Shown: in pieces, positions 1 through 7,024 of the stretch
Numbering within the stretch: position 1 is the stretch's first letter
How the letters are laid out: each line of letters begins with the position of its first letter
Origin: Candidatus Zixiibacteriota bacterium
Lineage (GTDB): Bacteria; Zixibacteria; MSB-5A5; GN15; FEB-12
Direction: 5' to 3'
Assembly (NCBI GenBank): GCA_041742355.1
Contig: JBGSIV010000269.1
Location: 1-10,445 of the forward strand
Length of the DNA: 10,445 nt
The notes under the pieces: model-generated
Told to the model about the DNA's origin: nothing
The model's database searches: none
Seen by the model: only the letters and a program-made list of their open reading frames with translations
Program-made: the position numbers and the translations under genes

Positions 1-813
1 GGGAATCGGCCAGCCGCTCCACCCGCGCCTGCTGTCGCTGGAACTGGTGGTGTAGCCGCCGATCAGAGTGAACGTGGTATCGCCGGTGTGCACGTGCATC
101 TGCGCCTCCGATCCGCCTTCCAAATGCTGGGCGGCAACGATGCCGATTGGCAGCGAGAGGAGAAATTCGTTGAGGTCGTACATCGTCCACGGCGCGCGCG
201 AAAAGATGAACAGGGCTCTCCCCTGTTCATCCTGCCCGAGAGCAACTTCACTCCACTGCTTCTGTTGCCGCGTCCAGCGATTCTCCCGCGACCGCTTGAT
301 CAGGCGGAGGTTCTGCACGACATGGGAGTACTTGGGCGACAGGCTCTTGAGGGAGTCGACATCGAGGTCGTAGATGAAGAACGGCGGAAGGCTGTCGTGG
401 AGCGGGCCAAAAGCGGCGGCCGATTGATAGCTGTTGGGTAGTCTGCGGTTAATGTGATTTCCGGCCTTCATGTAGCCGATGTGGCTGACGTAGTCGATGT
501 CGTACATGCCGGCGTTGACAGCCACAGTCAGCTTGTGGCGGTGTGCCCATTCGGCAACGCTCAGTTTCCCCGGAGCGTCACCGGCGCTCTGCGCCAGGAG
601 CTTGAATTCCCATTTGGCCGGATCGACCCGGAGGATGGTAACGGTGCCCATGCCCGATGGTGAAAGGGCATCGGCCGAGAAAGTGCCCAGTTCGAGGCCG
701 GGGGCCAGCACACTGAAGGGGTTGGCCGGGGGGCGGGCCAGGAGCATACCGCCTGCGGCCATTCCGGCAGCCAGAAGGGCTGCCCACATCCATCTGTGCG
801 CTCTTCGATTCAT
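1..813 (-). CDS. Phosphodiester glycosidase (NAGPA-like) family secreted protein, 3'-partial (runs off the left edge)
   Basis: Translated by hand; absent from the ORF track because there is no stop in the window. ATG at 813, open to base 1: MNRRAHRWMWAALLAAGMAAGG...LAPGLELGTF...ILRVDPAKWEFKLL...AVNAGMYD...VVQNLRLIK...WSEVALGQDEQGRALFIFSR...AQHLEGGSEAQM...WPIP. The basic/hydrophobic signal peptide and the NAGMY, ALG.D..G and (L)EGG motifs fit this family. Confidence 0.8.
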   Translation of the reverse strand, partial: MNRRAHRWMWAALLAAGMAAGGMLLARPPANPFSVLAPGLELGTFSADALSPSGMGTVTILRVDPAKWEFKLLAQSAGDAPGKLSVAEWAHRHKLTVAVNAGMYDIDYVSHIGYMKAGNHINRRLPNSYQSAAAFGPLHDSLPPFFIYDLDVDSLKSLSPKYSHVVQNLRLIKRSRENRWTRQQKQWSEVALGQDEQGRALFIFSRAPWTMYDLNEFLLSLPIGIVAAQHLEGGSEAQMHVHTGDTTFTLIGGYTTSSSDSRRGWSGWPIP

Positions 814-889
814 AAGTGGGGATACATAGTTGTTGGCGCTGCAAAGGACAAGTGATTTCCGTTTCTGCTGTCGGTCGGTTCGCCGTCGG

Positions 890-2233
890 TCAGCGCTGCA
901 TCGCCTCATGTATCCGGCCGTCCGCTTCCCGCACAGTGAGATCGTCGCCGCCGAACGCAATGCCGGCCTGACGAAGCATCTCGAAAGGGGGCAATCCGCC
1001 CGCCTGCACAATTACGACATCATTTACAATCTCTATCGGCGTCTCCAGGTTCAGAACCACCGCCCCCGGGCGGATTTCCCGGACCTCTGAGTTGAAATAC
1101 GCCGTGATCCGGCCGCCCCGGACAGCATCGGTAACCGCCTCTTCGTTCTTTTTCTTTATACGAAAGAAGCGGGGCTTGCGATACGAAAGACTGACCGTAT
1201 TGTCGGGCTGGCGCGCCAAGCCCACCGCAGCTTCGACCGCGCTGTCCCCCCCGCCGACTACGAGGATATGTTTGCCCCGGTACGACTGGGCATCGACCAA
1301 CTGGTAAATCACCTTCGGCAGGTCTTCGCCCGGGACATTCAGCTTCCGGGGAGTGCCGCGTCGGCCAAGAGCCAGGACGACATACTGCCCGACGATCTCC
1401 TCTCCCCCGTCCAGAGTGACGACGAACGAACGCTCAAGCGGGCGGACAGCTTCCACCCGCCGACCGCAGCGAATGTCGAGCGCTGACTGTTTCGCGACCT
1501 CCTGCCAGATTGCCAGCAGTTCTTCTTTGGCATATTCGTCACGATCGAGCGCGCCGTACTGCGGAATCTCCACCGGCTGCGTCATCACCAGTTTGCGTCG
1601 TGGGTAGTGGAGGATGGTGCCGCCGAGGTCGTACTGGTCAAGGACAATGCACGACAGGCCGTGCTCCCGTGCGGTCAGTGCCGCGGTGAGACCAGCCGGG
1701 CCGGCGCCGACGACAATAACATCGGGACCGCCGCCCGATTGGGGCCGGATGCGGCGGGCGATTTCGGTGGCAACGAGGCGGCCTTGCGCCACGGCATGGC
1801 GAATGAGCGAGATACCGCTGAGTTCGCCCGCGATAAAAAGGCCGGGGACCGAGGTTTCGTTGTGCTCGGAGAGGATGGGAATGTCGGGGCGGCTGCGGAT
1901 GTCGCCCAGGCCGACTTTCAGCGCCCCCACCGGGCAGGCAGTCTCGCAGTAGCCGTGGCCGACACACCGATCGCCGTTGATCACTTCTGCGACTCCCCAG
2001 ACAACCGCGAGCACATCCCCCTCGGGACAGGCGGCAACGCAGGAGCCGCAGCCGATGCACTGCGATCGATCAACCTGCGGGTATTGGCCGCGGGGACGGT
2101 CGATGCCGAGCGACTGGGCTTCCGCATGCCGTGCCTCGGCCAACGCCTGCGTCTTACGGAATTTGGCGAAGTACGGAATGAAGACTGCGAGCACGAGCGC
2201 GATCGCAATTATCCAGATGAGTCCTGTTTCCAT
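890..2233 (-). CDS. Membrane-anchored 2x[Fe-S] ferredoxin / FAD / NAD(P)H oxidoreductase, TrxR/YpdA-like fold, circularly permuted (447 aa)
   Basis: Start placed at METGLIW (2233), downstream of the upstream gene's stop at 2256. Features in order: TM helix followed by KFRK; CIGCGSCVAACP; CVGHGYCETACP; ETSVPGLFIAGE; VIVVGAGPAG (FAD); VVLALG; PRKLNVPGEDLPKV; ILVVGGGDSAVEAA plus SYRK (NAD(P)H). No CxxC redox disulfide. Confidence 0.88.
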   Translation of the reverse strand: METGLIWIIAIALVLAVFIPYFAKFRKTQALAEARHAEAQSLGIDRPRGQYPQVDRSQCIGCGSCVAACPEGDVLAVVWGVAEVINGDRCVGHGYCETACPVGALKVGLGDIRSRPDIPILSEHNETSVPGLFIAGELSGISLIRHAVAQGRLVATEIARRIRPQSGGGPDVIVVGAGPAGLTAALTAREHGLSCIVLDQYDLGGTILHYPRRKLVMTQPVEIPQYGALDRDEYAKEELLAIWQEVAKQSALDIRCGRRVEAVRPLERSFVVTLDGGEEIVGQYVVLALGRRGTPRKLNVPGEDLPKVIYQLVDAQSYRGKHILVVGGGDSAVEAAVGLARQPDNTVSLSYRKPRFFRIKKKNEEAVTDAVRGGRITAYFNSEVREIRPGAVVLNLETPIEIVNDVVIVQAGGLPPFEMLRQAGIAFGGDDLTVREADGRIHEAMQR

Positions 2234-2255
2234 CGCATTTGCTATTCGACAAAGG

Positions 2256-3866
2256 TCAGAAGCGATAACCCAATTCGGTATTGAGCCGCCAGCCGTCGAT
2301 ATCATCCCCTTGGTTGAATTGCACCTGCCCGCCCAGGTAGTAGTGACGAGCGATGTCGGTATCGATGCCTATTTCGAGCCACCAGCTTGACCGGCTTTCG
2401 TCTAGCTTGTCGACGGTGTAGCGATACGCACCATAACCGCAGTGCCAGAAACCGGCACCCGGGAGCTGGGCCTGAAGGCGCGCGGCGTAGTTGGCGCCGC
2501 GTTCGAAGGCACCATTGAAGCCGCTGAAGTACGCCGATGCGGAAAGCCAGCGATAACCGAGCGATGACCGTCGTACTGAGAAGCTGTAGGTCAGGGTCGG
2601 ATCTTCGTCATCGGGACGGCTGCGGTAGCCGCCGCCCGCGCTCAGATTCCACGTCGAGGTGGGCGACCAGTCCATACGGGTACGCCATCCGGTGCGAGTG
2701 CGGTCGTCGAAGAGGCTGTCGGCGAGCGAATAGTACTCGTAGGTCCAGTAGCGTTTGAGGTTGTCGTAGCTGACGCTCAAGCGCAGGGCGCTGTGGGCAC
2801 GCCACCAGGTGTTGACGAAGACTCGTGACAGGGAAGCGCTCTCCCCCGCGCGGTCTTTTCGCCAGCCGGTATTGATGTCAATCTCGGCCGAGTGGCTGAT
2901 TCCCCAACTGCGGCCGATCTGCAGTTGCCCCTGGCTGGCAAGGAAGGATCGGTTGATAGTTCCGCTATGATACTCGCCGATACCGCCGAGGGTCTGGGAG
3001 AACGCCAGTCCGCCACGGTTGGGAGAAGCATAGTGCAGGTAGCCTCCGAGGCGAGTGATCGAGAAGTCCTCGGTGCGGTACCACCATTCGGGTTGCTGTC
3101 CGCCGAGAAGGCCGAGGCGTGAAGATTCGGTCAGGCGGAGTTCGACCATGCCGCCGTCGATGTATCCCACCACAGGCAGACGTCTAGGCAGAAGGCGTCC
3201 TGCCGTAGCTGACAGGCGGCCGGTAGGATTGTCGTAGGAGAGGGAGAGTTCCCAGAGGCGGTTCTCCCAGGCGTTCCGGCCGACCGCGCCATAGGACCGT
3301 GCCCGATCGTCGTATCGTCCGCGGCTGCGGATGGCCAGTGTAACGTTTTCGCGCCACAGGTGCCGGGCTTTGACCGAGAGACGGGCGTTGGTCTGGGTGA
3401 AGTCGAGGGCAGCGGGGCTGCCATCGCCCCAATGATAGTAGCCAATTCCGAAGCTCCCGGTAACGCGAGTGGGATGGGCCACTGTGTGAGCCCGTGGGAT
3501 TTCGGCAGCCGGAGCGGGCGGTTCAACTGATGTCGCGAGTGGCGCAGCGGTTGTATCGGAGGCACCTTGCCGAAGGGCCTGTCTAAGGACAAAGAGCTTA
3601 TCGCCAACCTTGAGCTGGAGCGATCCCATGATCGGACGGCAGGAACCGGAATGCCCGGCGACGAAAACGACTTCCAGCACGACCGAGTCGCCGCCGACAA
3701 CCACGCCCAGACGGTCGCCAATGTTCAGGCCATCCTCCCGGCCACCGTCGACATAAATATGGTCGGCCGAGACATAGGTCACGGCGAATTCACTGCGCTC
3801 GGCCAGAGCCGATCCGGCGAGCAGCAGAAAAAGACCAACCGAGTACTTGAGCGCGGCCCGCATCAT
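2256..3866 (-). CDS. Outer-membrane beta-barrel protein with an N-terminal small beta-domain and Pro/Ala linker; putative porin of a porin-cytochrome complex (536 aa)
   Basis: ATG at 3866 overlaps the upstream TGA (TGATG). Signal peptide MMRAALKYSVGLFLLLAGSALA|E. About 400 aa of alternating amphipathic, aromatic-rich strands end in WRLNTELGYRF, a C-terminal Phe beta-signal. Confidence 0.8.
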   Translation of the reverse strand: MMRAALKYSVGLFLLLAGSALAERSEFAVTYVSADHIYVDGGREDGLNIGDRLGVVVGGDSVVLEVVFVAGHSGSCRPIMGSLQLKVGDKLFVLRQALRQGASDTTAAPLATSVEPPAPAAEIPRAHTVAHPTRVTGSFGIGYYHWGDGSPAALDFTQTNARLSVKARHLWRENVTLAIRSRGRYDDRARSYGAVGRNAWENRLWELSLSYDNPTGRLSATAGRLLPRRLPVVGYIDGGMVELRLTESSRLGLLGGQQPEWWYRTEDFSITRLGGYLHYASPNRGGLAFSQTLGGIGEYHSGTINRSFLASQGQLQIGRSWGISHSAEIDINTGWRKDRAGESASLSRVFVNTWWRAHSALRLSVSYDNLKRYWTYEYYSLADSLFDDRTRTGWRTRMDWSPTSTWNLSAGGGYRSRPDDEDPTLTYSFSVRRSSLGYRWLSASAYFSGFNGAFERGANYAARLQAQLPGAGFWHCGYGAYRYTVDKLDESRSSWWLEIGIDTDIARHYYLGGQVQFNQGDDIDGWRLNTELGYRF

Positions 3867-5332
3867 CAGTGAGTCCCCCGTGGATGGCATTCGTAGCAGG
3901 CCGTACTCACATACCGGTAATTGGGAACGTTTTCTTCAGCATGGTCCGCGTCGGTGTCGGTCTTGTTGTGTTCGTGGCAGGTGATGCACTCGAAGGTGCC
4001 GAAGTCGGTCGGTACGGTGTGGCACTCGCTGCAGGTCGACCAACGGTTTCTATGCGTTCCGGAGTAGATCGGGAAGTACTGGGCATCGTGATCCCAGGTC
4101 GCAGGGGTCCAACCGGAGGACGTGTGACATGTCTGACATGCTGTCGAGAAGCCGGCGGCAAGGTGGCCCGGGTCGGTTGTGGCGTCGTAGTCGGTCTGGT
4201 GGCAGGAAGCACAGTCCGGGGATGTGCCGGTGTAGGAACCCTCGTGGCAACTGGCGCAGGCCAGGCCGACATGTTGTCCGGTAAGCGGAAAGCCGGTCAG
4301 GTCGTGATCATACGAAGCCGGCTGCCAGCCGTTGGGAGTATGGCAGACCTCGCACTCGGTGGGCATCCCAGCGCTGGCGTGATTGGGGTTGGCGCTGCCG
4401 TCGTAATCGGCCTGGTGGCAGGCGTAGCATGTCGACGGCGTCTGAGTATACCCTCCCTCATGACAGCTGATGCACGTGGCGTTGACGTGTTGTCCAATCA
4501 GCGCGAATCCGGTGGCGGCGTGGTCGAAGGTCGCGGGCACCCAGGCCGAGGTTGAATGGCAGTCGGTGCAGGTGGGCGCGAAGCCGCCCTGTTCGTGGTT
4601 GGGGTCGGTGGTCGCAGCGAAATCGGGGGCGTGGCAATCATAACACTCCCCAGGCGTACCCGCGAATCCTCCCTCGTGGCAGGCGCTGCAATTGAGCGCG
4701 AGGTGGGCGCCGGTGAGGGGGAACGAGGCCGGGTGTTCATAGGTGGTGCGGGACCAGGTGCCGAACGCGGCATGGTGGCAGCGCTCGCAGTCGGCCTGGA
4801 AGGCAAGCTGCTGGTGGTCAGGGTCGACGATGCCCGCAGCGTCGGCCGCATGGCAGGCCTCGCACTGGGTGGGGGTACCGACATACTCCTGGCGATCGCG
4901 GTTGTTGTGGCAGGCCTCACAGTCAGCGACAGCGTGGACGCCGGTCAGCGGGAAGCCCTGCTCGGCGTGCTGAAGGAGGATATCGCGGCGGGGTTGCCAG
5001 TCACGCGGCGTGTGGCATTCCGCACAGGCTAGACCAAGCTGTCCCTGGTGGTGGTCGCTGTGGCAGTCGGCGCAGGCAGTCCCAACGTGGGAAAAGACGG
5101 GATCACGGTGGCATTCGGCGCAGACCGCCTGCCGGTGGGCGCCATCAAGCCGAAAACCGGTTTCCTCGTGGCTGAAGACCATTTCCTCCCGCAGGTCGGT
5201 CCACGAAGCGGTCGTGTGGCAATCCTGGCAATCCCATTTGATCTGCCCGTGTGGGTTGCGGCTGTTCTGGGTCAGCGCAACGCCGGCTATCAACAACAGC
5301 AGGGCAATGGACGAAATGAGAAGAGTCTTCAT
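3866..5332 (-). CDS. Multiheme c-type cytochrome, 19 CxxCH, tri-heme repeat architecture (488 aa)
   Basis: AGGAG RBS; ATG at 5332 forms an ATGA overlap with the upstream stop. Signal peptide MKTLLISSIALLLLIAGVALT|Q. 19 CxxCH motifs; repeats of ~72 aa (W.P..fdH..tgFpLtG.H...CxxCH...CxxCH...PnH...CxxCH). Confidence 0.95.
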   Translation of the reverse strand: MKTLLISSIALLLLIAGVALTQNSRNPHGQIKWDCQDCHTTASWTDLREEMVFSHEETGFRLDGAHRQAVCAECHRDPVFSHVGTACADCHSDHHQGQLGLACAECHTPRDWQPRRDILLQHAEQGFPLTGVHAVADCEACHNNRDRQEYVGTPTQCEACHAADAAGIVDPDHQQLAFQADCERCHHAAFGTWSRTTYEHPASFPLTGAHLALNCSACHEGGFAGTPGECYDCHAPDFAATTDPNHEQGGFAPTCTDCHSTSAWVPATFDHAATGFALIGQHVNATCISCHEGGYTQTPSTCYACHQADYDGSANPNHASAGMPTECEVCHTPNGWQPASYDHDLTGFPLTGQHVGLACASCHEGSYTGTSPDCASCHQTDYDATTDPGHLAAGFSTACQTCHTSSGWTPATWDHDAQYFPIYSGTHRNRWSTCSECHTVPTDFGTFECITCHEHNKTDTDADHAEENVPNYRYVSTACYECHPRGTH

Positions 5333-7014
5333 GAACCGGTCTCCTGTCCAACAGGTGGCTGAACGTGACAGAATCTGCACTGGCGTTCGAGCGGACGGTA
5401 ACGGACATACTGCCCGCGTTCGTCAGCAACGGCCGGATGGCACTTTACGCAGGCGACCCGGGCGTGAGCACCTTCAAGGGGGAACTGCGTATCACGGTTG
5501 TGGTCGAATCGGGCCGGCCGCCACTCGGCGGTCGCATGGCAGCGGGTGCAGTCGGTAGTACCGGCGGCATCCGTAAACTGGCCGCGATGAAAGTCCTGGT
5601 GGCATGCGGCGCACGATTTCTCCACGGGCGCAAAACGCAAAGGCGCCCGGTCGGCGATGTCGGTGTTCTTGTGGCACCGGATGCAGGCGACCTTGCTGTG
5701 GCGGCCGTCGAGGGGGTACGTCGTGGTGCTGTGATCAAAGCTGATATCGCGCCAGCTGTCTTCAGTATGGCAGGTTGCGCAGCCTTCCGCAACAGCAAAT
5801 TTGGCGGTGCTTCCCTGGTGGGGATCGGCATGGCAGACGGTGCAGGCGGTGGATTCATAGAGGAAGGTGTAGGCCACATTCTTCGCGGACGAAGTCCTGA
5901 GATGACACTGGTCGCAGGGGATCGCGAGGTGGGCGCCTTTCAAGGGGTAATCGGTCGTCGCGTGTTGTTCGAGGCGGAAGGTCGAGGGGCGGAAGGACTG
6001 GACAGTGTGGCACTCTTCGCAGGCTCCTTTGCTTTCACGGCGGGAGAATGCGCCAACGTGATAGTCGCGGTGGCAGTCGCGACATGCCGCGAATTGCAGG
6101 GGAGCGGAGGTCGATCGGTCGCCGTGGCACTTGGTGCAGGCGACCGAGACGTGGCGACCCTCGAGCGGAAAGCGAGTGCGGTTGTGGTTGAAGCCGGAAG
6201 TGTTGACGATGTTCCAACCGTCGACCGTATGACAACCGGAACACGAGCCCGCCAGACGCCCCTGGTGGGGATCGCGGTGGCAGTCGGAGCAGAGAGCGTG
6301 GGCGACAGGTTTGTACTGGCGGCAGTGGGATTCGGGGCGAGCCTGGTCTCCGAGGAGTTGGTGGCATTTTTCGCAGGCTACTGCGGTGTGACGGCCAGCC
6401 AGCGGAAAGGCGCTCAGCGAGTGGTTGAAGCCGGAGGCCGGACGCCAGCCGGAGTCGGTGTGACAGGAAGCGCAATCGGCGCCGAGCTGTCCGCGGTGCT
6501 GATCGGTGTGGCAGGTAGTGCAGGCGCGGCTCAGGCCCAGAAAGGTGCGGTCGGGAGCGACGTTGGCCGCTTTGAGAGCGCCCGTGTCCCGCAGGCGATC
6601 GGGTCGATGGCACTCGCGGCATTGCAGGGTCGCGTGTTTGCCGGTGAGCGGATAGCCCGTCAGGGTATGATTGAAGGAATCCATGCCGCCCTTGAAGTAG
6701 ATCAGGTCGAAATCTCGGCCGTGGTGCTCGACATGGCAGAGGTTGCACTCGGCGTACTCCGCACGAGCATGCAATCCGGTGCCGGCGCGCCGCTGGTCGG
6801 CAATGGGAGAATGACAGGCGAGGCATTTCTCGGGAAGCTGATCTCCTTGCGGGCTGTGGCACTTGCCGCAGTTCTCCACTCCCTCAAGAGATGCGTGCGA
6901 ACGGTGCAGATCCCCCGGAGAAATCTGTGCAAGAATGGACTCGCCAAAGAACAGCAGTACTGCGAGCCCGACGAAATATGAGTGCGAGAATATATGTAGT
7001 CGTTGCCCAAACAT
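5329..7014 (-). CDS. Multiheme c-type cytochrome, 20 CxxCH, tri-heme repeat architecture (561 aa)
   Basis: GAGGAG RBS a few bases before ATG 7014 (MFGQRL...), just after the upstream stop at 7025. Signal peptide ends ESILA|QISPGDLH. 20 CxxCH motifs with recurring distal His motifs FnH, PL.G.H and D.H.G. Confidence 0.95.
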   Translation of the reverse strand: MFGQRLHIFSHSYFVGLAVLLFFGESILAQISPGDLHRSHASLEGVENCGKCHSPQGDQLPEKCLACHSPIADQRRAGTGLHARAEYAECNLCHVEHHGRDFDLIYFKGGMDSFNHTLTGYPLTGKHATLQCRECHRPDRLRDTGALKAANVAPDRTFLGLSRACTTCHTDQHRGQLGADCASCHTDSGWRPASGFNHSLSAFPLAGRHTAVACEKCHQLLGDQARPESHCRQYKPVAHALCSDCHRDPHQGRLAGSCSGCHTVDGWNIVNTSGFNHNRTRFPLEGRHVSVACTKCHGDRSTSAPLQFAACRDCHRDYHVGAFSRRESKGACEECHTVQSFRPSTFRLEQHATTDYPLKGAHLAIPCDQCHLRTSSAKNVAYTFLYESTACTVCHADPHQGSTAKFAVAEGCATCHTEDSWRDISFDHSTTTYPLDGRHSKVACIRCHKNTDIADRAPLRFAPVEKSCAACHQDFHRGQFTDAAGTTDCTRCHATAEWRPARFDHNRDTQFPLEGAHARVACVKCHPAVADERGQYVRYRPLERQCRFCHVQPPVGQETGS

Positions 7015-7024
7015 AAGAGACTCC

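Noticed and set aside
890..2233. Calling the flavoprotein trxB or ypdA
   Set aside because: It lacks CxxC, has a TM anchor and ferredoxin domain, and has permuted motif order. It shares the fold but orthology is unsupported.
5365..6981. 538-aa + strand ORF, and similar + strand ORFs at 3869-4555, 4556-5032, 1607-2284 and 88-441
   Set aside because: These are antisense shadows of well-supported minus-strand genes in GC-rich DNA. They are V/A/G-rich with no recognisable motifs.
2256..7014. Calling the barrel and cytochromes mtrB/mtrA/mtrC or omcS
   Set aside because: Heme counts (19 and 20), repeat spacing, lack of a lipobox and the shorter barrel do not match those families.
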